From an uncultured Planctomycetota bacterium (lineage in GTDB: Bacteria > Planctomycetota > PLA2 > JAEUHO01): a stretch of 64,000 nucleotides of DNA. The number at the start of each line of letters is the position of its first letter. The stretch's first letter is position 1. Positions 9,120 through 18,708 of the stretch are shown here, in pieces. Below the pieces are notes generated by a model. It was not told the origin of the DNA and did no database searches. It saw only the letters and a program-made list of their open reading frames with translations. Location of the stretch: positions 864,001 to 928,000 of the forward strand of contig CAVVXN010000005.1 of NCBI GenBank assembly GCA_963752285.1, given 5' to 3'. Both the position numbers and the translations under genes were made by a program.

Positions 9120-12100
9120 TCAGCGACCCGCGGTCGGCGAGAGCGTCGCCTGGACGTCGGTCGTGCGGCCGCCCTCGATCACGACCTCCGCCTCGAGCGG
9201 CGCGTACGAGGGGCCGGCGTCCACGCGCACGAGGTAGGCGCCCGGCGCGAGGTCGTCCACGACGAGCGCGCCGGTGGACGGGAGCCGTCCCCCGAAGGCG
9301 GAGAGGCGGACCGGCTCGAGCCGCGCCCGACGCTCCACCGGCTCCCCGCTCACGGCGCGGACGACGTCCACGCGCGCACGTGGCAGGGGATCCCGCCCCG
9401 TCCCGCGCACGACGAGTCGGAGCGCGCCCGCCATGGGCAGGCGGATCTGGGCGGTGGTGGTCTGCCCCTCGACCACGCGGACGAGCGCGGGCGGAGGACG
9501 ACCGAAGCCCGCGGCCTCGACGCGCAGGCGGTGCGGACCCGTCGGCACGCCTCGGATCTCCAGCCGGCCCGTCGGGGGCGTGGCGTAGGCCACCGCGTTC
9601 AGCGCCCGACCCACCTCGTCCTCGATCCACACGCGCGCGCCACCGACGGGGCGTCCGTCCGTGTCGGTCACCAACGCCACGAGGACGCCGCCGGCGCCCA
9701 GCACGATCTCGACGTCCTGCTCGGCGCCCGCCTCCCGCGCGACGGCGGCCACGACGGGGCCGGGGCCGAGGCCGGGCGCGTACGCCGTGAGCTCGTACGG
9801 GCCGACCGGCAGGCCGGGGATCAGGAACGCGCCCTCGGGGTCCGTGACCCCGCGCGCGCCCGCCACCTCGCCGGTCCCGCCGCGAGGCGACGCGACGACG
9901 GTCGCTCCCGACACGCCGCGGCCCGAGGGCAGCACCACGCGCCCTCGCACCCGCCCGCCCCACACCTCGAGGTCGAGCGAGAGCCGGTCCATTTCCCGCA
10001 CGAAGACCGGGTGGCGGCGGCGGACGACCCCGTCGAGCACCTCCACCTCGTAGGCGCCCTCGGGCAGCTCGTCGAACGCGAACGCGCCGCTGCCGTCCGT
10101 CGCGACCTCGAGCTGGAACGGCGTCTCGTCCGCGTGGGCGGGGACCGACACGAGCCCGACGCGCGCGTCGGGCACCGCGCGGCCGTCCCTCGTCACGTGA
10201 CCTCCCACCTCGCCGCGCCCGTCCGGCTGCAGGTCGAGGTGGACCGTTCCCTCGGCCGGCACGTCCACGAGCGCCGTCACGTCGCGTACGACGTCGAATC
10301 CCTCGAGCGTCGCGCGCCACGGTCCCGCGGACACGTGCTCGATCGTGAACCGTCCCTCCGCGTCGGTGGTCGCCTCGCGCGCGTCCGGTCCCTCGTCCAC
10401 GGGCTCGAGCACGACGCGCGCGCCGTCGAGCCCGGCGCCGGTCTTCGCCACGACGCGGCCGTCCAGCGTCGCGCCGCCACCGAGGACGACGTCGGGCACG
10501 ACGATCGTCTCGCCCTCGCCCACGCGCACGAACGACGTCCAGGTCGCACGGTCCCGGGCCCGTACCTCGACCCGCCAGCCTCCTGGCGCGATCTCGTCGA
10601 ACGCGAACCCGCCCTCCGCGCCCGTCGTCACCTCCACCTCGCCGTCGGGCCCGCCCGCCGCGTCCCCCTTCGCCCGCAGCCGGACGAGGCGGACGCCGGC
10701 GCCGAGGTACGGCGCGCCGGTCGGGTAGAGCACCGTCCCCACGACGCGCCCGCCCGCCGCGGGCAGCGTGAGGACCAGCCCGTCCACGTCGCTCTCGTCC
10801 ACCCGCGCGGGCACGGGGCCGGAGTCCACGAGACCGCGGACGAGGCGCACGGCGTACGGTCCCGGAGGGAGGTCGTCGAACGCGAACGAGGGGTTCGGCT
10901 CGCTCGTGGGGAGCGGACGGTCGTCCACCACCTCCCAGTGCCACGACCCGTCCTCGGGGTCGGGGAGCGCGGCCTCGAGCGTCACGTGCGCAGCGGGCAG
11001 GCCGAGCGCGAGATCCTCCGCCCGACCGTGCACGTGGCGCCGCGGCGGGACCACGATCGAGAGCGCTTCGGTCTCGCCCGGCACCGCGCCCGCGTACGCG
11101 GGCGACGGCACGGGCGTGCGCGCGCCGGGGTCCCAGAGCGAGAGGTCGGTCGGCACCGCGGGCAGGCCCACGAGCCGGAACGCGCCGGCGTCGTCGGTCC
11201 GTGCGGTCGCCTGGCCCTTCGCGCCGCGCGCGTGCGCCTCGACCACCCAGCCCCGCGCGGGCTTCCCTCCCTCGAACACGACGGTGCCGTCGAGCGTCGG
11301 CGCCGGCCGCATCTCGGGCCGCCACACCGTCCCCGAGCCCGAGCGGGGCCACACGACCAGGTCCTCGACGGACGCCCAGTCGCCGCCGCCCGCGACGACC
11401 TTCACGTCGAAGGGCGGCAGGTCCACGAGGGAGAGCCGGCCCTCCGCGTCCGTGACGCCCTTCGGCGCCCGGCCGAGCACGCGGTCCGACGGGCGCGACA
11501 CGGGGATCGCGGTCACCTGGACGCCGCGCGCCGGCTTCCCGCTCGAGACGTGCGCCTCTACCTCGAGCGTCCATCCGCGAGCGAGCTGGATCGGGGGCAC
11601 GTCAGTCGCATGCCCGCGCAACACGTCGAACGGGGGCGTGACCGCCGAGGCGTAGCCGTCGGCTTTCACCTCGACGCGCCACGCGAGGTCGGGCCGCACG
11701 GGCGCGAGCGTGAAGCGGCCCTCGGCGTCCGTCTTGCCGACCGGCTCGGGCGGCGCGCCGTCCGGCGGGAGCGGCTGCGACGCGGCGACGAGGGCGCGCA
11801 CGCGCGCCCCCGCGACCGGGCGCTCGTCGGGCCCCATCACCCTCCCCGAGACGCTCGTCGTCCGGATGCCGTACCAGGCGTGGAGCTCCACGTCCCGGCC
11901 CGCCTCGACCTCGAAGCGCTCGGGCGCAGGGTCGAAGAACCAGTCGGGTTCCGCCGGCCGCGCCTCCCAGACGCCGGCCGGAAGGTCGTCCGCCTCGAGG
12001 AAGCCCCGGTCGTCGGTCGTCCGCGTGGGTCCCTCTCCCGGAGGCGCGCTGCCGCCGGGGAGCAGGGACAGGGTCACGCGTCGTCCGGGCCACCCGGGTC

Positions 12101-12725
12101 CGCCGCTCGCGGCGGCGTCCAGGAGCTGGACCTGGACGTGCCCGCCGGACCCGAGCGTGGCGGAGACGTCGCCGCCCGTTGTGAAGGTGCCGAGCCCCTG
12201 CCAGCGCCCGTCGCCCCGCAGGAGCCAGACGCGCCAGGAGCCCGGCGCGACGGACGGGATCGAGAACCGGCCGTCGGCGTCGGTCTCGGCCCGGTGCGCC
12301 ACGCCACCGCGGAGGACGGGGCTCGCCACGACGTCTCGCTTCGCCGCGGGTGCGCCCGTGGCGTACCGGACGCGACCCGAGAGCTCGGCGGCCGCGGGCA
12401 GACGGAGGCCCACGACGGACGGCTCCGACGGCCACGCGCTCGCGCCGAGGTCGGGGCGCCAGAGGATCACGTCCGCCGTCCCGTCGGCGGCCTCCTCCGG
12501 GGGCGCGAGGAGACCCCGATCGAGCGCGACCTCGCGACCCACGGACTCCGGCGCGAGGAGCGGCCGGCCCTCGAAACGCTCCTCGGCGCGCGTGACGAGC
12601 ACCCGGTCGAGGGGGCGCCCCGCGGGACCGAGGACGAGGAGCGTTCCCGCCCCGTCGTCTGCACGCGCGGCGACCGCGAGGAGCCAGGCCAGCACGAGGA
12701 CGGGGATCGCCCTCGGGATCCTCAC
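9120..12725 (-). CDS. Large secreted protein with many carboxypeptidase-regulatory-like (Cna-B/prealbumin-type) beta-sandwich repeats
   Basis: Signal peptide; repeated GRV...PVAGARV...TDAEGRF...PG.W/Y units. GTG start overlaps the upstream stop. Confidence 0.82.
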   Translation of the reverse strand: MRIPRAIPVLVLAWLLAVAARADDGAGTLLVLGPAGRPLDRVLVTRAEERFEGRPLLAPESVGREVALDRGLLAPPEEAADGTADVILWRPDLGASAWPSEPSVVGLRLPAAAELSGRVRYATGAPAAKRDVVASPVLRGGVAHRAETDADGRFSIPSVAPGSWRVWLLRGDGRWQGLGTFTTGGDVSATLGSGGHVQVQLLDAAASGGPGWPGRRVTLSLLPGGSAPPGEGPTRTTDDRGFLEADDLPAGVWEARPAEPDWFFDPAPERFEVEAGRDVELHAWYGIRTTSVSGRVMGPDERPVAGARVRALVAASQPLPPDGAPPEPVGKTDAEGRFTLAPVRPDLAWRVEVKADGYASAVTPPFDVLRGHATDVPPIQLARGWTLEVEAHVSSGKPARGVQVTAIPVSRPSDRVLGRAPKGVTDAEGRLSLVDLPPFDVKVVAGGGDWASVEDLVVWPRSGSGTVWRPEMRPAPTLDGTVVFEGGKPARGWVVEAHARGAKGQATARTDDAGAFRLVGLPAVPTDLSLWDPGARTPVPSPAYAGAVPGETEALSIVVPPRRHVHGRAEDLALGLPAAHVTLEAALPDPEDGSWHWEVVDDRPLPTSEPNPSFAFDDLPPGPYAVRLVRGLVDSGPVPARVDESDVDGLVLTLPAAGGRVVGTVLYPTGAPYLGAGVRLVRLRAKGDAAGGPDGEVEVTTGAEGGFAFDEIAPGGWRVEVRARDRATWTSFVRVGEGETIVVPDVVLGGGATLDGRVVAKTGAGLDGARVVLEPVDEGPDAREATTDAEGRFTIEHVSAGPWRATLEGFDVVRDVTALVDVPAEGTVHLDLQPDGRGEVGGHVTRDGRAVPDARVGLVSVPAHADETPFQLEVATDGSGAFAFDELPEGAYEVEVLDGVVRRRHPVFVREMDRLSLDLEVWGGRVRGRVVLPSGRGVSGATVVASPRGGTGEVAGARGVTDPEGAFLIPGLPVGPYELTAYAPGLGPGPVVAAVAREAGAEQDVEIVLGAGGVLVALVTDTDGRPVGGARVWIEDEVGRALNAVAYATPPTGRLEIRGVPTGPHRLRVEAAGFGRPPPALVRVVEGQTTTAQIRLPMAGALRLVVRGTGRDPLPRARVDVVRAVSGEPVERRARLEPVRLSAFGGRLPSTGALVVDDLAPGAYLVRVDAGPSYAPLEAEVVIEGGRTTDVQATLSPTAGR

Positions 12726-14239
12726 GCCGCGCGCTCCCCGTCGTACGCGTCGCGCCACGCGGCGAGCGCCTCGCGCGACCGGGGGCCGCGGGCGCGCACG
12801 GCGAGGCGCCGCGGGAACGGCGGGACGTCCCCCGGCTCGCCGCCTTCCGGCGTCGGGCAGGTCGTGTCCGCCTCGACCTCGATCACCACGTCGATGCGGT
12901 CCTCCGGCAAGGCGTCCTCCACGCGTCCCCCCCATTCGACGCACGCGAGGCGCCCCTTCCCGCAGCAATCCTCGAACCCCGCGTTCTCGAGGTCGTCGGC
13001 TCCGTCCAACCGGTACGCGTCCACGTGGTTCAGGGTGTACGACCTGCCGGGAGCGTCGTACGACCGCACGATCGTGAACGTGGGGCTCACGACCGGGACC
13101 TCGGGCGGGACCCCGAGCCCTTCGGCGACGCCCTTCACGAGCACGGTCTTGCCAGCGCCGAGCTCGCCCTCGAGCGACACCACGAGGCCCTCGGCCGCCA
13201 CGCGCGGGGCAACCCGACCGAGCGCGCGGCCGAGGGCCCGGGTCGCCTCGGGGGTTTGCGCGACGAGCGACCACGCCCGATCGTCCCGCCGCCCCGCGGG
13301 CCGGGCGAAGTGGTCGTAGCCCTCGGCCACGAGCGGCAGCGCGGCCGATCCCATCACGAGGCGGATGCCCGAGGCCGCCGGGACGACCTCGCCGACGTCG
13401 AAGAGGCGTACGCCGTCCGCGGCGAGCGCCGCGCGCGTCGCCTGGTCGAGCGGCGCGTGCGCGAGCAGCAGCTCGAAGTCCTCGCCGTCGTGGAGCGCGT
13501 GCTCGAGGGGCGAGCGGCCCCCGCCGGCGCGACGGGCGTCCTTGTGGACGGGCACGCGCGCCGCCATCACGCGAGCGCCGACGCCCGACGCTCGGCACAG
13601 GCGCGGCAGGTCGCGGGAGAGGCCGTCCGAGAGGTCCATCATCGCGTGGGGCACGCCGAGCCGCGCGAGCGCGCGCGCCGCGTCCAGTCGGGGAAACGGC
13701 GCGAGGTGACGTCCGAGGAGCGAGCCGCCCAGGGGCCCGGTGACACTCAGCCGGTCGCCGGCGCGCGCGCCCGCGCGCGTGACGACGCCCGTCGGCGCCG
13801 CGCGGCCGAACGCGGTGACCGCCAAGACGAGCGGCCCCTCGCCGACGTTCGTGTCGCCGCCCGCGAGTGGGCAGTCCCAGGCCCGCGCGGCCTCGGTGAA
13901 CCCGTCCGCGAGGGCCTCGAGGATGCGCGGGTCCTCGTGTCGCGGCAGCACGACGCCGACCTCGAACGCGAGGGGCGACGCGGCGGCGGCGGCGAGGTCG
14001 CTCAGATTGACGAGCAGCGCCTTTCGCGCGGCGGCCGCCGCGCCGTCGCGCGCGAGGTCGAAGTGGACGCCGTCCACGAGCACGTCCGTCGTGACGACGA
14101 CGAGCGCGCCGTCCACGAAAAACGCCGCGCAGTCGTGACCCGGCCCCACCGCGAGCCGCCCCGGCACGTCCGCCCCGCGCGTGCGTTCGAGCACGCGAAG
14201 GACCCAGTGGTCCTCGTCCTCGGCCGGTCGAAGCGTCAT
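12722..14239 (-). CDS. thiL-tsaE: Fusion of thiamine-monophosphate kinase (ThiL) and tRNA t6A ATPase TsaE
   Basis: N-terminal TTDVLVDGVHF, NLSDLAA, GGDTN, DLSDGL, GEDFELL; C-terminal LEGELGAGKT, SPTFTIV, HVDAYRL, VEWG; one uninterrupted frame. Confidence 0.88.
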   Translation of the reverse strand: MTLRPAEDEDHWVLRVLERTRGADVPGRLAVGPGHDCAAFFVDGALVVVTTDVLVDGVHFDLARDGAAAAARKALLVNLSDLAAAAASPLAFEVGVVLPRHEDPRILEALADGFTEAARAWDCPLAGGDTNVGEGPLVLAVTAFGRAAPTGVVTRAGARAGDRLSVTGPLGGSLLGRHLAPFPRLDAARALARLGVPHAMMDLSDGLSRDLPRLCRASGVGARVMAARVPVHKDARRAGGGRSPLEHALHDGEDFELLLAHAPLDQATRAALAADGVRLFDVGEVVPAASGIRLVMGSAALPLVAEGYDHFARPAGRRDDRAWSLVAQTPEATRALGRALGRVAPRVAAEGLVVSLEGELGAGKTVLVKGVAEGLGVPPEVPVVSPTFTIVRSYDAPGRSYTLNHVDAYRLDGADDLENAGFEDCCGKGRLACVEWGGRVEDALPEDRIDVVIEVEADTTCPTPEGGEPGDVPPFPRRLAVRARGPRSREALAAWRDAYDGERAA

Positions 14240-16707
14240 CGCCGGGGGATTATCGTCGAGCCCGACTCCCCGCGTCGCGTGAAGAGGCCGAGCCGGCCGA
14301 CGAGGCGTTCCACGTCCGCGCGGGGCATGCCCGGCCAGTAGCCGGGATCCCAGCCCGTGTGGCGGCGGACGAGGCCGAAGAGGCGGGCGAACGCCGCGGC
14401 GCGGGGCTGGGCACGCCGGAGCTCTCCCTCGAGCGCCCGCCGCGCGGCGGGCAGCGCGTCTTCTGCGTCGAGGCCCGCGAGCGCCCGCTCCGCCGCGGCG
14501 CCGACGCTCGGGTCGGGATCGTCGAGCGCGGCCACCAGCACGTCCGCGAGCTCCGCGCGTCCCGCGACGAGCGGACCGAGCGTCTCGACGGCGGTCCGGC
14601 GGACCGCCGGCTCCGGGTCGGACCGGACGAACGGCACGATCAGGTCGGCGGCGTACATGCCGTGCGCCACCGGCGTGGCGGCGACCGCGGCCTGCCGGAC
14701 CGCCCAGGCCGGGTCCTGGAGCGCCACGGAGAGGACCGCGCGGTACCCGAGGCGCCCCGCGGCCGAGGCCGCGGACCGCCGGAGAAGCAACGCCGGGTCC
14801 TCGAGCGCGTGTGCGACGAGCTCGGGCGTGGCCTGTCCCGCCTCGACCACCTCGGCGAACGCGGCGCGCCGCGTGGCGTACGTCTCGCTCCGGAGTCGCA
14901 ACAGCAGGTCGCCCCGGTCGTCGAGCCACGCGGCGTCCAGGCCGAAGCGGAGGCTCGTCCACAGCGTCTCGCCGCCCGCCCGCGCGGTCGCCGCGTCCGC
15001 GAGCCCCTTCGTCCAGAGGCGCAGCACCGCGTAGGAGATCTCTCCGAGGAGCGCGTCGAGGTCGGGCGCGACGCGGTCCGCGTCGTCGTTCCACGCGGGC
15101 GCGAGGAGCGCGACCACGCGCCCCGGCTCGGCCGTGCGGGCGAGGAGGCGGAGCGCCTCCGGCCGCGAGGGCACGCGGCCCTCCGCGAGCGCCCCGGCGA
15201 GCGAGCGCGCCGCGGCGGTGCCGCCGTCCTCGACGTCCCTGGCGGTCGCCGGACCGGGCGCGGCGACCCAGGCGCCGACGCGGTGCTCGTTGACCTCGAG
15301 CGCGCGGGCGTCCGGCGTCTCCTCCGCCTCCGCCACGCGCCGCGCCACGTTCTCGAGCTCCGGCGCAGAGGCCCGCTCGCCGAGCGCGTGGAGGAGCCGG
15401 CGCGCCGCGCCCGCGCGGCCGTCGTTCAGGAGCGCCGCGAGGCGCCGGCGGGCCTCCATCACGTCCAGGCCCTCGGCGACCGGCCCGGCGGTCGGACGGA
15501 GCGCCGCCGCGGCGCGCGGATAGTCCCGCTCGAAGCGTTCCTCGAGCGTCGCTGCCCGCGCCACGTCGCCGCCGGGGCGGTCCTCCTCGCGAATCGAGAG
15601 CGCCAGCGCGGCCGCGGGGTCGTCGAGGCGCGCCGCGGCCCCCTCGGCGAGCTCCGACAGGAGGCGGCGCGCCCGCTCGTGGTCGCCCGCGTCCGAGGCG
15701 GCGCGCGCGCGGAGCACGCGGACCTCGTCGGCGATCTCGCCGGGGACCGGATCGGGCAGCGCCGACTCGAGCCCCGCGCCCCCCGCCTCGGACGCCGCCC
15801 GCCGCGCCTCAGCGAGCGCGCGCCACGGCGCGAGGTCGATGGCGGACAGGCGCCGCGCGAGCGCCGCGCGGCCCGCCTCGATCCACGAGCCACCGGGCTC
15901 GTGGAGCCGTCGGGCGAGGAGCGCGTCGGGGTCGTCGCCCTCGCTCGCGAACGCGAAGAAGGTGCGCATCGCGACGGGGTCGCCCTCGTCCACCAGTGCC
16001 AGCACGGCGGCCAGGCCCGTCGCCGCGGCGGCCTCGGGCTTGGCCTCGTCCACGAGCGCCGCGTCGTCTCCCTCCCCCACGGTTCGACGGGCGAGCGCGA
16101 GGACCTCCTGGTCCACGGAGCCCGCGGCCGCGAGGCGCGCCGCCCGGACGAGCCACGGGGGTGTGGGCGCCTCGACCGGGCCGCGCGGCTCGAAGACGGC
16201 CGCCGCGAGCGCTTCGAGGAGCGTTCGGTCCGCGTCGCGGCGCCCCGACGCGATCCCCTCGAGGTTCACGGTCACCTTCGCGACGCGGCGTCCGCCCTCG
16301 ATCGCGACGTCCACCAGGAACGGACGCGCCTCGTCGCCGAGCGAGCCGAGCACCACGCGGGGCGCCGAGCCCTCTCGGAACCGGAGGCCCGTGACCAGCG
16401 CCAGCCGGTCCGTCGCGCGCGACACGTGATCGGGCCACGTCGAGACGAGGTCCGCGACGCGCTCGTCGCCGGCGTACGGGCCCGGCACGACCTCCGCCCG
16501 CGCGACGGCCACGGGCTCCGCCGGCGCGGCCGCGTCGGGCACCGGGGCGCCGGCGGCCCTCGCGTCCGACGCCCGGGGCGCCAGCGGACCGCGACACGCG
16601 GCGACCAGGAGCGCCGCCCCGAGCACGTGGAGACCGCGGGGAGATCGGCTGCGCTCGGGGTCCGGGGTGGGCCGCACGGAGGGGCGATCTTCGCCCGGGG
16701 GGTTCAT
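14236..16707 (-). CDS. Putative lipoprotein with C-terminal HEAT repeats
   Basis: LLVAAC lipobox-like; DPAWAVRQAAV, DPEPAVRRTAV, DPDPSVGAAA repeats. Confidence 0.65.
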   Translation of the reverse strand: MNPPGEDRPSVRPTPDPERSRSPRGLHVLGAALLVAACRGPLAPRASDARAAGAPVPDAAAPAEPVAVARAEVVPGPYAGDERVADLVSTWPDHVSRATDRLALVTGLRFREGSAPRVVLGSLGDEARPFLVDVAIEGGRRVAKVTVNLEGIASGRRDADRTLLEALAAAVFEPRGPVEAPTPPWLVRAARLAAAGSVDQEVLALARRTVGEGDDAALVDEAKPEAAAATGLAAVLALVDEGDPVAMRTFFAFASEGDDPDALLARRLHEPGGSWIEAGRAALARRLSAIDLAPWRALAEARRAASEAGGAGLESALPDPVPGEIADEVRVLRARAASDAGDHERARRLLSELAEGAAARLDDPAAALALSIREEDRPGGDVARAATLEERFERDYPRAAAALRPTAGPVAEGLDVMEARRRLAALLNDGRAGAARRLLHALGERASAPELENVARRVAEAEETPDARALEVNEHRVGAWVAAPGPATARDVEDGGTAAARSLAGALAEGRVPSRPEALRLLARTAEPGRVVALLAPAWNDDADRVAPDLDALLGEISYAVLRLWTKGLADAATARAGGETLWTSLRFGLDAAWLDDRGDLLLRLRSETYATRRAAFAEVVEAGQATPELVAHALEDPALLLRRSAASAAGRLGYRAVLSVALQDPAWAVRQAAVAATPVAHGMYAADLIVPFVRSDPEPAVRRTAVETLGPLVAGRAELADVLVAALDDPDPSVGAAAERALAGLDAEDALPAARRALEGELRRAQPRAAAFARLFGLVRRHTGWDPGYWPGMPRADVERLVGRLGLFTRRGESGSTIIPRR

Positions 16708-17354
16708 CGTCCCGTCACCGGCCCCCCCCCGGCCGCGGCCCGGCCGCCCGAGAGGGCCCGCGCCGTTCGCGACGGATGGGCCGCGTCCCGGAGCGCCCGG
16801 ACCACCGCGACCCCGTCGGCCCCCGCCTCGAGGACCCGCCCGAGACCGGCGGACGTGATCCCGCCGAGCGCCACGACGGGGAGCCCCACGCTCCGCCGGA
16901 GCGCCGCGAAGGCGTCGAGGCCGAGCGCGCGGCCCTTCCCCGGGACGTCGTAGACCGGCGAGAGCACGGCCCAGTCCGCGCCCGCGGCCTCGGCGCGCCG
17001 GAGGTCCTCGGCCTCGTGGCAGGACAGCCCGATCCACCCGGGGAACCAACCGCGGACGGCCTCGATCGGCGGCGCGCGGTGCCCGAGCTGGACCCCGTCC
17101 GCCGCGAGCGAGAGCGCGACGTCGGGACGGTCGCCGATCACCAGGGCCGCGGTGCGGCGCCGGCAGGCCGGGAGGAGGCTTCCGCCCAGGTCGTAGAGCG
17201 CGCGCCCGGTCGCCCCGGGCGCCCGGAGCCACACGGCGGTCACGCCGGCCGCGAGGACGGCCTCGAGACGCCGGAGGTTCGACGCCGCCTCCTCGTCCAC
17301 GACGTAGACGAGCCGGATCGCCGCGCGCGGGTCCGGGCGTCCGGCGGCCGCCAC
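16704..17354 (-). CDS. thiE: Thiamine phosphate synthase
   Basis: DRPDVALSLAADGVQLG, IGLSCH, ADWAVLSPVY, PVVALGGIT, GADGVAVV. Confidence 0.85.
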   Translation of the reverse strand: MAAAGRPDPRAAIRLVYVVDEEAASNLRRLEAVLAAGVTAVWLRAPGATGRALYDLGGSLLPACRRRTAALVIGDRPDVALSLAADGVQLGHRAPPIEAVRGWFPGWIGLSCHEAEDLRRAEAAGADWAVLSPVYDVPGKGRALGLDAFAALRRSVGLPVVALGGITSAGLGRVLEAGADGVAVVRALRDAAHPSRTARALSGGRAAAGGGPVTGR

Positions 17355-17364
17355 GGGCGACGGC

Positions 17365-18144
17365 TCAGCCCGGCTTCCCGGCCGGGCCGGGCGCCGCGCG
17401 CGGCAGGTCGAGGAGCGCGTCGAGTCCGCGGAGGAGCCCCACGCGGCCGGGCATCCGGCGCACGGCGAGGACGACGCCGGGGAGGAAGCACTCGCGTCCT
17501 TCGACGTCGTGCTCCAGGCGGAGGCGTTCGCCGAGCCCGCCGAAGAAGACCTCCTGCCGAGCGACCACGCCCGGGAGACGGAGGCTGTGCACGCGGACGC
17601 CGTCCACGTCGAGGCCGCGCGACGCCTCGCTCGCGCCGGAGAGGCTCCTCCCGCCCACGCGCGCCAGGCGACGCGCCGTGGCGATCGCGGTGCCCGACGG
17701 CGCGTCCCGCTTCCCGGGATGGTGCGTCTCGACGATCTCGACGTCCGGGAAGCGCTCCGCCGCGAGCTCCGCGAACCGCTGCAGCAGCACCATCCCGATC
17801 GAGAAGTTGGGCGCGACGAGGAGGCCCCGCTTGGCCGCGTGCGCCTCCTCGTCCAGCGCGTCGAGGTCGGCGTCCTCGAACCCCGTGGTGCCGATCACGC
17901 CCTGCGCGCCGGCGGCGAGGATCGCGCGCGCGTTCGGGACGGCCGCCGACGGCTCGGTGAAGTCGATGACGACGTCCGCCCGCATGGCGCGCGCGACGCC
18001 GGTGAGGTCGTCGCCCTTCTCGACCTCGCCCACGAGGGAGAGACCGGGCGTGGTGGCCAACCGCGGCACGAGCACGCGGCCCATCCGTCCGCGCGCGCCG
18101 GAGAACACGACGCGCAGCGGGGCCCGAGGGGCGGGCTCCTTCAC
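17365..18144 (-). CDS. dapB: 4-hydroxy-tetrahydrodipicolinate reductase
   Basis: GARGRMG, VIDFT, VIGTTG, APNFSIG, ETHHPGKRDAPSGTA, HSLRLPG. Confidence 0.95.
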   Translation of the reverse strand: MKEPAPRAPLRVVFSGARGRMGRVLVPRLATTPGLSLVGEVEKGDDLTGVARAMRADVVIDFTEPSAAVPNARAILAAGAQGVIGTTGFEDADLDALDEEAHAAKRGLLVAPNFSIGMVLLQRFAELAAERFPDVEIVETHHPGKRDAPSGTAIATARRLARVGGRSLSGASEASRGLDVDGVRVHSLRLPGVVARQEVFFGGLGERLRLEHDVEGRECFLPGVVLAVRRMPGRVGLLRGLDALLDLPRAAPGPAGKPG

Positions 18145-18614
18145 GAAGCCCCTGACGCCTTCAGGAACTCCCGCGCGACGCGTTCGACGAGGCGCTGCTG
18201 CGTGGAGGTCTCGATCGAGCCGGGGCGCGCGGTCCGAACCGTCGCGATGGCCTGGGGCGCGGGCGTCCCCCCCGCGGCGAGATACGCGGCGAGGACCATC
18301 CCCGTGCGCCCCAGCCCCGCGCGGCAGTGGACGACCACGGGCTTCCCCGAGGAGATCTGTCGCTGGATCCAGTGCACGGCCTCGCGGAGCGCGTCCACGT
18401 CCGGGACGCCGAAGTCCTCGATCGGGAGGTGCCGCCAGGCCAGCCCCGCCGCGCGGGGGTCGCCGGGCGGGGGCGCCTCGGTCAGGCTCAGGACGGCCTG
18501 GACCCCCTCCGACTTGAGGGTCTCCCAGGCCTCCCGGTCCGGCCACGCCATCCCGGCCAGCTTTCCCTCCTCGAGCCAGGAGAAGTTCGCGAGCCCGCCG
18601 TCGTCCCTCGCCAT
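18141..18614 (-). CDS. Dual-specificity / tyrosine protein phosphatase
   Basis: NFSW, HLPIEDFGVP and catalytic VHCRAGLGRTG. Confidence 0.92.
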   Translation of the reverse strand: MARDDGGLANFSWLEEGKLAGMAWPDREAWETLKSEGVQAVLSLTEAPPPGDPRAAGLAWRHLPIEDFGVPDVDALREAVHWIQRQISSGKPVVVHCRAGLGRTGMVLAAYLAAGGTPAPQAIATVRTARPGSIETSTQQRLVERVAREFLKASGAS

Positions 18615-18708
18615 GCCCCTTTCGTACCGCCGAGCGCGGGGGAGGGGAAGTCCCCCTCCCTCGGGGCTTCGTTGCGGCGGGGGGAAGGGGTTCGTACCGT
18701 CTCCTCGC

